The notes beneath the pieces were generated by a model. That model did no database searches. It was not told the origin of the DNA and saw only the letters and a program-made list of their open reading frames with translations. From Vezdaea acicularis (Eukaryota): 52,119 bases of DNA. The stretch spans positions 62,001 to 114,119 of the forward strand of contig JAPEUI010000053.1 of assembly GCA_026025075.1 (NCBI GenBank), written 5' to 3'. This document shows positions 1 to 11,167 of the stretch, in pieces. Position 1 is the first letter of the stretch, and every line of letters begins with the position of its first letter. The position numbers and the translations under genes are program-made.

Positions 1-151
1 GATATTGAGAGGATAGCACCAGAGAGGGGAGGGGGGGTGATCGTGGAGCCAAGGCGCGACAAGCTGGTTTGTTGGGCTGGCGCCGATAAGGGGGTGGAAG
101 GGGGCTCAGAGATCGACACTTCGAGTGGGGCTTAGGCTTTTGATGAGGTCG

Positions 152-174
152 GTGTTTGATAGTGTTTGATAGTG
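152..174. repeat. Short tandem duplication (GTGTTTGATA) x2.3
   Basis: Read directly: gtgtttgata gtgtttgata gtg. Confidence 0.6.
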
Positions 175-391
175 GTAATGCGGAGGAGCACATGGAGATG
201 GACAGAGAGATTGAGGGATCATCAAGGGATGATGCATAAAAAAAGAAGACTGGCACGTACGGGGAAGTGTGGGATACTTGGGAGACAGAGTGAGAGAGCA
301 CAGCCCGCATAGAAAGCCTATAGCTTGAGACTATAGGGCACTTGGAGCTTCAGCCCGCGTAAAACGATCTGGCCCCCACTGTGACTAGTCC

Positions 392-2444
392 CTAAAGTTT
401 GACACTCCTGATCAAGCCCTTTTTGATCCCCGTTGCCTCGCCCCCATACCCGCCCCTCCCCTCACCACCCCTGTACACCTGCCTCACGCTGCCGAGCTTC
501 TTCTTCTTCTCCTCAAACTTCTTGCGCTTCTTCACTCTCGGGTTCCTCACGTCTTTCTTCCGCTTCGGCGCGAGGCCCTTGTTCTTCTCGATCGTATACC
601 CGATCGCGCGTTTCTCGCCGTCAGCCACGCCTGGCTCGGGGATGAACACCTTGCCCGCTTTGTCGGCTTCGGCCATGGCATCAAAGACGGCTTGTTTCTG
701 CGCTTTCTTGTTCTTGGAGGATCGCGCCACGAGGTCATAATACTCGTCTTCGTCATCTTTCACCTCATTGGCTACCCGTTTGTCTTCGTCGTCGCTCTCG
801 CCGCCCAGGTCTCGCCCTCCATTCTTCTTGCCTCTCCGCTCGGCCTCAGCATTGAGACGGGCCATGCGATCTTTGTGTCGTTCGCGATAGGGAATGTCTG
901 TGTCTCCGCCGGCGTCTCGGCCCGCTTCGGAGCGTCTGTTGGCTTTCTGGGCGATCTGAGAGGTGTAGAACCGGAGAGACTTCTTCTTGGCTGCTTTGGC
1001 GGCCGCCTCGTGTGGAAGAAGGGAATTAGAGTCGTCGTAGTCTGAGGGAATATCCGTGGTGGTGAGAGCATTCGTAGAGGCCGGGCGAGATACTTTCTTG
1101 GGTTGGGAGACGCTGGCTGTGAGCTCTGCGAGCTCCTTGTTCATCTTCGAGATCCGCTCTTGGCGCAGGGCTTCTGCTTCTGCCTGGGCAGCGGCCTGCT
1201 CTCGAGCTAGTTTGGCTAATCTCCTCTCCTTTTTGCTCATCCGTATTTTGGGAGTGGGAGCATCTACTACCATATGACCATCGTCTCGCTCTGTGTGTCC
1301 GTTCTCAGTCATAGCCGACTGGCGGCCATTCTGAGAGTGCTGCTCCATAGTCTCTGGAACATTGAGACCTTTGACTTTGTTCCAAAGTTCTCGGCACTCT
1401 ACTAAAGTCCCCATGATGGCGTGATCTCGAAGCTCAGTAGCAGACATGCCCTTCACACTACCATCTTCGCCTTTGGTTGTGGACGTGAACAAAGCAAAGT
1501 ACATGCTTAAAGATCCTAGATATGCCGTTAATGCTTGGTACTTTGTGACAGCAATTGGCGTCTGTTGTTCTTCATCGTCGGCCGGAGGCGATGGAAGCCC
1601 CCCCATAGCTGTCGCTGCTTTTGCTGATAGGACAAGATTCTGATACACTGGTTGCAGCTCCACAAATTCCTTTGCCAGGGGCTCAAACTCGGGATATCTC
1701 ATGTTCAATATTCGTGTCCGTTCTTCTGTGCTCATAGACTCAGTAATCTCTAACTCGGGTAAGATTTCTGTAACGACCCCTCCTGCTGCATTGCCACCAT
1801 CGATATCATTATCTTTGCCCGAGTTTATAAACTCAACTTCGTCGAACCCAAAGTCCGCCTCGGTCATGCCTTGCAAGTGCTTTTGTTGTAGTCGCAGCGC
1901 TTCAGTCTCTTCTTCCAAAGCATCTTGCTCCGTCTCAATTACGTCTGCATTGTAATAGTCTTGCCTTGATATGCCCCACCCTTCCTCGATATCCTCATCT
2001 TCTTGCTTCTCGTCCTCAGAGTCCGAGAGAGCCTTTACCCTAATTTTCTTGGGTGCAGCTTGCACGCTTCCATTAAAGCCGCCGGCTTCATCTTCATCAT
2101 CATCGTGTACGCCTTCCTCCTCCTCCTCCTCGGAGTCTGGCGAGGAATAGCCCAATACTTCTTCATCTGACGGTTCTAGTAGTTCATCTGGTGGCATTGT
2201 GGTCAGTCTGGATCATTTTCATTCTCGTGGAGCAAAATTTACCCTCCTCTCGCCACTTTTTGCGTCTCTTATCTGCCGGCCCATCCTCCAGCATGATCTT
2301 GTCTTGACGGATATGAAATTCATCTTCGGAGTCTGCAACGTCCTCATAAGTGCTGATGGGCCCAAGTCGAGAATCATCTTTATTAAAACCTCGAGGTCCC
2401 GGCTTGATGCGCGATGGCCCCGACGCCTTCCGCTTTTTTCCCAT
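392..2444 (-). CDS. SAS10: SSU processome component Sas10/Utp3; exons 2444-2243 and 2187-392
   Basis: N-terminus MGKKRK..., acidic region, 'WG..xDYY.AD', 'YPEF.PLA.EF', and the Sas10 C-terminal domain (RAIGYTIEKNKGLAPKRKKDVRNPRVKKRKKF...YGGEATGIK...RSVKL). Intron 2188-2242 (GTAAAT...CTGAC...CAG) joins the two ORFs in frame. Confidence 0.95.
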
Positions 2445-2703
2445 GGTGAATATATTAGTCCAGTGCGACAGCTGTGAAATTTCATGGCGGGGTTGTTCAG
2501 ATTATTTTCTTGTGCCGTGAACTCTTTTCTTTGACGTCGGAATCTCGCTGGGTTCTTTGCCGACATCCACTAGATTTGTTCGGGTAAGTTCAGTCTCAGG
2601 GGTGCACCAAGCTCCAGCGGGAACATCCCTGTCCGCTGTCCGTATCAGCATGTTGCATCGATGAGATTCACCCCTTTGCGCCTTATGTCGGTGTTGTTAC
2701 TCG
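2445..2703. promoter_or_regulatory. Short divergent promoter region between SAS10 and TSC10
   Basis: Head-to-head start codons ~260 bp apart. Contains CGATGAG (2659-2665, PAC-like) and TGAAATTT (~2475, RRPE-like), but these short motifs may be chance. Confidence 0.45.
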
Positions 2704-3934
2704 ATGGAAAATCCCCTGTCAAAAGTGCTGGGCGCACCACTGACCGCTTCGATACCTGTCGTACTAGCAATTTCTCTGCTTGCGGCTCTTACCATGGGGC
2801 TTTTCAACAGAGGAAATAAGTTTGACGTGGAAGGCAAAGTGAGTTGCTCCAGACCAATATCCTTGAATCTCATTGTAGAAGTAATGGAAAGTGACTAAAT
2901 CTTGATAGACAGTCATTATCACTGGGGGTTCCCAGGGGATGGGACGGGGTGTTGCAAAGTTACTAGCTCAAAAAGGGGCAAACATTGTCATAGTCGCACG
3001 GACGACCAAGAAGCTCCAAGACGCCGTCGAGTACATATCGGTGGGTGAACATGTTGACTCCTCTTATGGCGCACTCGTACTAACTTGAGCTTGACAGGCG
3101 GCTGCGAAGAACCCTGCAAAGCAACGCTTCCATTATATCAGCGCCGATCTTATGGATGCCAAGGAGTGCTCTCGAGTAATCGCGGAAGTGACTGTATGGA
3201 ACAACGGTATGGCACCCGATGTCGTATGGTGTGTCGCTGGCGGGGCTCTCCCAGGCTTCTTCATTGACCTGCCAACGGAGCGGATAAAGGAACAGATGGA
3301 AACAAACTACTTCTCTGCGGCCTACATGGCGCACGCGACCCTCAAAACCTGGCTGGCACCCTCACCCCCGGAGAAGGCCTCAAACACGGCTGCTCCACGA
3401 CACCTGATATTTACAGCCTCAGTTGCAGGTCTATATACTATCGCCGGCTACTCAGGGTATTCTCCCGCCAAAGCAGCCCTACGCAATCTCTCAGATGCGC
3501 TCCAGCAGGAGGTCCTAATCTACAACGGGTCACGCCAGCACACCTCCGGCAACGGTCCAGCTGCAGATGTTAAGGTCCACACCATCTTCCCTGGCACGAT
3601 CCTGAGCCCTGGCCTTGAGATTGAGAGCCAGACCAAGCCCGGGGTTACTAAGAAGCTAGAGGAAGACGACCCCCAGCAGACCGAGGACGAGGTCGCCGCA
3701 ACGAGCGTCAGGGGTTTGGAGAAGGGAGATTATCTAGTGACTGGAACGTTTCTTGGCTGGGCTATGAGAAGCTGCGTCCTGAGCGGCTCGCCGAGGAATA
3801 ATCGCTTTACAGACACGCTCATGAATTGGGCGACGAGCATTGCGTGGTTGTTCATTCAGCCGAGTTTGGATGGGACGGCGTTTAAGTGGGGTAAAGAGAA
3901 AGGACATCCAAGTACGTACGCGGCGGGGTCGTAG
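2704..3934 (+). CDS. TSC10: 3-ketodihydrosphingosine reductase (short-chain dehydrogenase); exons 2704-2838, 2909-3040, 3098-3934
   Basis: Spliced product has the Rossmann motif [11 protein letters not shown], catalytic YSPAK and '[10 protein letters not shown]', plus N- and C-terminal hydrophobic segments. Introns 2839-2908 and 3041-3097 are GT..AG with CTAA branch sites. The start could be the ATG at 2793. Confidence 0.9.
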
Positions 3935-4228
3935 TGTAATTTATAGCGTGTGGCTGTCTGCAATATAAATCATCTATACTATAATCAATTCCGAAGAAAG
4001 TTCTCCTAGTGGTGTACGTCCTGCGGACGTAACGAGTACAGCGTTCGGTCCACCTTCTCTTCCTCTATATAATCGTGCGCGTGAGTTATCTGTGCTATAC
4101 CGATTCCAAAGGTGGGAGGTAATTAAAGGGGCAAGTCACTATATTTGTTCCTTAGACATCTATTGCCCTGACGTTAACTTCATTCGTTCATTTGTTACTA
4201 TATTATACAAATCAAGGCTATGCTGTTC

Positions 4229-5916
4229 TTAAACCCTTAGGCTCTCCAGCGTGCCTACCACCCATTCCATCAACCGCCCAGCCTCTTCGCCCGTCCCATC
4301 TCCTCCCTCGAACCGTAGACATCGGCTTACGACATCCCTATACCTACTACCGGTCTTGCTGGCCAGCCCGGGTACCAACACTGAAAGCACCACCTTGTCC
4401 CTGAAGACGGCAGGCGTGTACTTTGGTTTGTAGAAACCCTTGAGGTTCTTCCACAGTCCGATTTCTAGGAGAACTAGACCGAGGGAATAGATGTCGAACG
4501 CTTTCCGATAGCTTTGTCGCCACACCCCAAGGGAGTCTGGGTGTCTGTACAGGTCTTGCCCGATGTCGTTCGAGGATGCCACCGTCATCTCGGCGAGCGA
4601 GTCTGGGCGGGATGAGTCGAACCCTGTGACGTACGGATTACGAAGGCTGTCTGAGTGTTCGCTATCGTTGAATAGTAAGATATTGCCTCCGCAAAATGTC
4701 TTGTGCAGCCAGTCGAGCGAATGGAATGACCATAGCGCAACAGAAAGCGTGTGGGCTAGCTTGAAGCGTTCGCCAAGATCGGGTGTTCTGATTTGAGGGT
4801 CGTCGATGAGCTTAATCAGCGTACTTGGACTCTTGCTAGGGCAACCAGGTGGTAGGCAGTAGATGAGTCCGTAGCGTTTTGAAGTTGTGTCGTCGAGGTA
4901 TCCTAAACAGTCCAACGTGTGGAGATCGGGATGCTGATTGGATGCAGAATGGACCATTCGAGCCAGGTTGTCGACGCGTTGGTAGAGATGTAACCGGGAG
5001 TCAAGGTCGAGGTCATCATCGTAGCTGATGAACTCGATGATGATAGCCTTGCCTGCATCTTCAGTATTCCTCCGATATATGGATGCCACACGCTTTTCTG
5101 TGGGTGCTGCGCTCACAGGGGTTAGGTCGATGGCTGTTAGCGGAATCTTCAAAGAAGAGGTCGGGATGAATTTTTGGGTCTCGGAAGAGTCAAGGTTGAT
5201 GCGGAGTTGCTTCAGGTTGGCAAACGTATTCAAGTGAGGGTATACCCCTTTCGAGGCATTCTCCAAGAGGTTAAGTTGATGAGTATCCCTCTTTGCGGTT
5301 TGAAGAAGTTCATTGGTCCAACTTCGTTCTAGATTGGAAGTTCGAGTCTACATGAGTTATCAATTTATCAACTCCGCATTTCGAGTAGTTATGGAGATAA
5401 ACATACAGGTGGGAAGAGCCTTTCTAGGCCATCATTGTAATCTTTAAGGTCGATCAATAACATGTCGAATTTATCGCGATCGCTTATCACCCATCTCGCT
5501 CGCAACCTCAACTCATCCCGTAACCGACTTTTGGATGGTTCCTTCCCCGAGGGGTTCCCTTGCTTCTCATCACCAGGCGCATCTTCCCTGAGTCCGTACC
5601 GGTCCTGCAGCTTGTTGAAGTCCGTGATAGTATCCAAGAGCTGCTTCAGGATCGTCACTGCCAACTTTTTCAATTCCTCGTTTCCCCCACTTGCCGCAAT
5701 GTGTTTCTCCAATTGGCCCTCAACAACGCCCCACTCTCGCCCCCAGACCCGAAGTCGCATTTCCTCAATTCTAATCTTGCATACTAGCTTCTCACTGTCC
5801 TTCCCTAGATTGTTGGCGGCCGTGAAGAACGAATACGCTTTGATGCAGCCATCAAAGATCTGACCAAGGAGCCCTACAGCTGTAACCGAGCCGATAACAA
5901 ATCCAGCGACCTCCAT
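4229..5916 (-). CDS. HeLo (HET-S N-terminal-like) domain fused to a protein-kinase-like (probably pseudokinase) domain, ~542 aa; exons 5916-5407 and 5347-4229
   Basis: The N-terminus MEVAGFVIGSVTAVGLLGQIFDGCIKAY...KIRIEEMRLRVWGREWG fits the HeLo pattern. The C-terminal part has kinase C-lobe motifs (LHKTFCGGNILLF, PYVTGFDSSRP, LYRHP, DIYSLGLVLLEIGLW). Phase-0 intron 5348-5406 (GTATGT...TAG) fuses the two ORFs in frame. Confidence 0.85.
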
Positions 5917-6552
5917 AAATAGAAAGGGAGTGAAGAGATTGTCATCTACGAAGTCTCAAATGTTCTTAAGATTTCATGGGGTGTGCCTCATTAAGCAATT
6001 GTCCACACAATGAGGAAATTTCAGGTTGAAGACGCTCGCTGAAATATCCTTGTATAAAAAACTGTCCTTCGTTTAATTATAGCGCTGACGTCTCTCGATG
6101 GTACGGAGAGCTAATGAGCTTCGCTAAGTGACACTCAGGTCCCCGGCGACCTTAGCGCTCCTTATAGGGCTGTGCCTGATCTGTTACCGTGCGCCCTTTT
6201 GAAACCATCCAAATGCCATGCAGCCCATGTATAGATGCTGCTGTATGAGTCTGAATATTGAGAAGAATACCCTTGCATGCAGTACTGGGAGCTCGACAAT
6301 GCCTTTTCGAGCGGTACTGTGAGCAATATTTCTTGGACGTTAGTGACGCTGCTTTCAGGCCAGCTATCTATCTGTCTAATATCTTCAATGTCTGCAAGGC
6401 TAGGGTCAGGCTTTCCCCAGACTTTACGATGATACGAGATTCTGGTGTCGGCTGTGACGGATCGAGTTCCTCGTAGGGCTCAAAAGAAATCTATAAATTG
6501 TCTACTCTAGCTAGAGTTTCTTCTAAGCAATGCCCACGCCTAAGAAGCAACA

Positions 6553-8080
6553 TCAGGCGGCCGTAGGCCCAAATATTCTAGTCAACATAGCTGCGCCGAA
6601 AGTCTCCCTAACGCCAGTTTCAACAATGCGATTGAGTCTGTTCCCCTTCTTAAGACTCAACCAGCTCCCATGGTCACCCACGACCTCCTCCTCTTCGCTG
6701 GTGGCTTTCTTCCTTGTCCTCCTGTCGAGAATGCACTGTCCCCTCGTCCACTGGCCCATTGTCTCGACTCGAATGTCTTCCTTCCCACCCTCCGCGAACT
6801 TCCAGCCAATCTCGCCTCGGGTGATCACGTACCAAATGCATAAAGGGTCGTGAAGTGACATGCCTTCTGGACTCTCTTCTATCTCAGAGATTTTTGCAAA
6901 AGTATTGCCCAGGAAGGCGTGAACGAAGGTCGCAAGAGGCGACCCAGCCTTCACGAGAGAGCTCGATACTGCAGCAAGAGTCTTCGCACCCACAAGGTGT
7001 GAGTTGGTGATGTCCAACGGTAGAAGAGTGAGATTGAGTTGCTTGCTGAGAGGTTTGGGGTAGACATCTGACGAAGACGACGAGTCCCCATCAATGGAGA
7101 CTGATCGCATTGGTGGGACCGTGGAATTGGGCGAAGGAGATGTAAGGGCGAAGACACGAGCTGCGGCGATAGCATCTGCGAAAGTGTTGAACTCCGCAAC
7201 AGGCGTGACGTTGCCCTCTATCCCGATAGCGCCGCCCATGACGACAACTTCCTTTGCACGAAGGAAGGTTTCAGGATCCTCGGCTGCTGCTAGGGCTAGG
7301 TTTGTCAACGGTCCTATGGCAACAATGGTGATTGTATCGGGTTCATTTTGCCGGAGTAAGGAGAGGATCTCCTGGTGTGCGGGCTTATGCGACGGCCTAA
7401 ACAGAGCCTTTGCCACGGACAGCTCATGAGCATAATCTAGCTTCCCCGTCTCTTGGTTTGTCAAGGAAGGGTCGAATAGAGCTTTCCAAGTCTCATCAGG
7501 GGTAAAGTGGGAGTGCTGTATGGCGGTCAGCAGATTCTTGATACTGCACTGTAGATAATAGATCACAGTTCTTACCGTAGTGTGGATACCAGCAAGTCCA
7601 TCAACGCCATCTGACCTCATGGTTAGCACTATAACAACGTACTAGGCACGGCGAACACATACGATAATAGTCAGCCAGAACTTTCTGATCTTCAAGTGGG
7701 GCCTCTGCTCCGATAGCTACTAGGGGTGTGTGGGCTAACATAGCCTCAAACCCCCGAGGTTTCCCATGTGCTTCTCGCCATTGGAGCTCCTTCTCAATGC
7801 AATAAAACATCGTGACGACATTGCGAAGACAGCTTCATAAAGGGGCTCAGTAATGTTCATTTCATAGAAGCCCCGCAGTAACCGCACCTATGGACATCAA
7901 TGTTGCCAAATGTCAGTGACAGTAATAATACTTCAAGCTCGTCCCGCTTGGCAGAAAGAGCTAGGAGGATGCCCAGAATATCATCGACACCTGCAACGCT
8001 CAATAAGTCGTTCTGAAAGGATCACACAGCGGCTTTTCACCAGGGTCTGTATCAATTATGATCTTGCTTTTGGGCGCCAT
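6553..8080 (-). CDS. Inosine/uridine-preferring nucleoside hydrolase; exons 8080-8041, 7990-7888, 7832-7663, 7610-7576, 7515-6553
   Basis: Spliced protein MAPKSKIIIDTDPGVDD (DxDxxxDD motif), TFGN, HGVDGL, AIGPLTNLA, MGG, GNVTPVAEFN, PLDIT, LHDP. All four introns keep the frame. Confidence 0.92.
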
Positions 8081-9523
8081 CAAAGATGATTGCAGGCCGC
8101 TTGTCCCTACAGTCTTGTGATTCAAATTTCTGGTCTAGAAGATAGGCTACCAAGTAAAAAAGTCGGGAATAGAGATTCCAAGACCTTCGGACATGGCACA
8201 CTTTGTCGTTCACAGATCCACTGATCATATGGTTTGGCTTTGCAGAAGCGAGCAGAAACGTCAGTCAACAGAAAACCCCCCACCCTGGTTGTGATGCTTG
8301 CTCGGAATGTTGCATGACTAATAACCTTTCAGCTCAAATCAAAGAAACTCCAACGGCCGCACCGCTCTGGGAGCTTGATGCAGTGTAATAGCACATTAGA
8401 CTTTGCACATACATGGGGCATCAACAACAGCACACTCTGCCTACCAGCGCACACATCTCGTAAGCGAATGCGATGGGTGACGGAGCTTAATGTGATCGAG
8501 GCAGGAGAAGCAGGGTCGCAGCAGGAATAGCGCAATGATCCCAGGTTGCGGTTGGGCCCCACACTCCGGCGAGCACGAATTGAGTTGCGCCACCCATTTA
8601 AACTTTTTCAGAAGGGGCCCCTCGATGACGCGTTGCACAAATGCGCTTCTCTCAGTCCATTTCAGGTGCAAATGTTGAGGTCTTAGAAGGTCCCCTTGCA
8701 AGAGTCACACGTGACGGCATGAAGGTGATATTTTGCTGTTGCACAAGGGCGAAGGATTCGGGGTGATCTTCAGTTGTCCCACGTCGATCAATAACACGTG
8801 CCACATATCAATTACATGGCGACCTCCCGAGTATTCTACATTAACTATACGGGGTAATCAAAACATATCACTATGCACTTGATTTTATTCCCCTCAAGTC
8901 GGCATGATTCTTGTCGCTAGCCATCTATGAAGCCCTTTCACCTCCGCATGGGTTAGAAGACGCCACCTTATCTCCATGTTGCTGTAAGAAGCGGGCGCGC
9001 GAGATACCTTGCAGACACCTTGGAAAGCCAAGATACAGTCCTTGTATCATGTTTTTGAAGCCCGCTTTATCACGAGGAGTAAAAAGCATTCTCATGTCAG
9101 CGTGTGTATGTTTGAGTGGTTACCGCGGTTCAAGACAGTAGCAGATGGTTGAAGCGGGTCGAGCGTAGCGGGCCGAAAACCGAACGACGCGAAATCTCCA
9201 GAAAGAGTGTGACCTTTCCACCCTCGAGATCTCATTTGTCGCCACACTCTCCAGATCTCCAGCCCATCTTGGCTTGCATAAGGGGAGACACCGAGTCCCT
9301 TTACCGACATTTGGCCATTACACTCGTTTCCACCTACAGCGACAATTTCTCCAAAGCCCTCCGCAGGAGCTTGTGTTACTACACACTGTTCCTCAGCGTC
9401 ATTTTGAGCTTGGGTTCGCGTATTCATCTTCCGATTCCTAAATACCACATTCACTCCCATTTCGACTACATCGACTTAAGACATTCTAACGCAGCTGTCT
9501 CAGACACTCGGCAAGCCTTTTCG

Positions 9524-9544
9524 ATGCACTTTCCTGAACTCTAG
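9524..9544 (+). promoter_or_regulatory. Candidate 6-codon uORF (MHFPEL*) in the leader of the 9917 gene
   Basis: The only ATG on the + strand between 9147 and 9916; stop TAG at 9542-9544. Confidence 0.4.
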
Positions 9545-9916
9545 CCCTTTATCCCAAGGTCGTCAGCGGTATCGATCAAGTCTGTGGTGGACAACGTTCA
9601 CCAACTGTATCCCCTACGTCCCTTTTGGAGGTCTTCTCACTGGTGGTCAACGATTCCTTGCTTCCTCTTCCCAACACAAATTGGAGGCTTGCACAAGCTC
9701 AAACGAACCTCTAACTGGGCACAACCATTTTTAATACGCTCAGAGACTTGCAAAAGCCCCGAGCCGTTCTGATCCGTTCATCCCCTTAGCCGAGCTTAGG
9801 GATTGAGTGCCAGGGCTCAGGCTCAAACACGTTATTCTTGTCAAAGTATCGCCAGGGCTAACGTTCTTGGTGGAAGGAAGACAATCATTCCTTTCTTTAG
9901 GGGAGCAGTGTGAAGA

Positions 9917-11167
9917 ATGGATCCCCTGAAGTCTTGGGCGCTCGTCTGTGCGGGCGGCGCTCTGGTGTACTACTATTATAGCCGGCCGAGCAAGTCCACG
10001 AAACCGATTAGACAAACCAACGAGAGACAAAAGCTTGGGAGTGGAAGTAGACGGGAGGACAAGCGGGGTCAAGATAGCGGCTTAGAGTCTCAAGGCCTCA
10101 GCGGCAATGATCATCCGCTCGCTTCAGAAGAGATAGCATTAGAGGATGCTATAGTAGATTCTTCTGTAAAGGCGCGTAAGAAGAAGAAAAAGTCGAACAG
10201 GAATAACGTTATCCCAGCCGTTTCTACGCCGGTCCGTGAAGAGTCGGTGAATGAGGTGGCCGAAGCAACTGCAGCTCCGCCCGAACCGGAGGAGATCGTG
10301 GACAATATAGAGTTTGCGCGTCAGCTCACCGAACGGAAAACTGGAACTCCTCTCAGTAGTTCTGGGCAGAAGCCTTCATTAAGAAAGCCAAAGAAACAAA
10401 ATCGTGTTAATGGGTCTGCCCATCAGCTGCTTCCCGTCGAAAATACTGCTTCCGCTGGATCTTCGACGACTGGCGCCGATGCTGATGACGATCTATCACC
10501 CGCTATGACTCCTGTTCTTGCAGCTAAGCCTGATGCTGGGAAAGAACGTGCTGATCAAAGCGTGGCTGACATGCTTGAAGCGCCGTCCAACGGGCCTACA
10601 GTGCTACGGCTGACTGACCCCCTTCAACCATCTCGCGCTCGGCAACAAAAGTCAATTCAGGCGTCCACTCAAGAAACCAAAAAGCAGCGGCAGAATCGTA
10701 AAAAGGCCGAGGAAAAGAAAGCTGCAAGGAAGGAAGGAGAGCAGGAACGCAGAGTCTTGTTGGAGAAACAGCTCAGAACGGCTCGTGAAGCCGAGGGACG
10801 GCCAGCAAAGAACGGTCTAGCGCCTGCGAAAGCACCCGCTACCTCTGCTTGGGCCAGTTCCTCTGCGTCAAACGGCAATGGAGCTTCCAGCTCTATATCT
10901 CCCGTCCCACTGCTGGATACCTTTGAGGATACCAAGACGCCCGACGTCGTCCTTACTCCAGAAAGAAAGCCGACGGCCAAGGATTGGGAACGTGACCTTC
11001 CGTCAGAGGAAGAGCAACTGAGATTGCTTGCGGAGGCAGATGACTCTTCCTGGAACACTGTATCCAAGAAGGTTAGAAAGAAGACCAGCGCCGTGGCAGT
11101 TGATCACAAGACGAATGAAAGCTTCGTGCCTACGGAGGGTGCTAAAGATTCGGACTGGGCTGCCTAA
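9917..11167 (+). CDS. Uncharacterised protein with an N-terminal membrane anchor, long disordered region and basic coiled coil
   Basis: 416-codon ATG-initiated ORF with hydrophobic N-terminus (WALVCAGGALVYYYY), 'SSTTGADADDDLSP', 'ETKKQRQNRKK...RVLLEKQLRTAREAEGR', 'LPSEEEQ' and 'WNTVSKK'. Confidence 0.8.
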   Translation: MDPLKSWALVCAGGALVYYYYSRPSKSTKPIRQTNERQKLGSGSRREDKRGQDSGLESQGLSGNDHPLASEEIALEDAIVDSSVKARKKKKKSNRNNVIPAVSTPVREESVNEVAEATAAPPEPEEIVDNIEFARQLTERKTGTPLSSSGQKPSLRKPKKQNRVNGSAHQLLPVENTASAGSSTTGADADDDLSPAMTPVLAAKPDAGKERADQSVADMLEAPSNGPTVLRLTDPLQPSRARQQKSIQASTQETKKQRQNRKKAEEKKAARKEGEQERRVLLEKQLRTAREAEGRPAKNGLAPAKAPATSAWASSSASNGNGASSSISPVPLLDTFEDTKTPDVVLTPERKPTAKDWERDLPSEEEQLRLLAEADDSSWNTVSKKVRKKTSAVAVDHKTNESFVPTEGAKDSDWAA

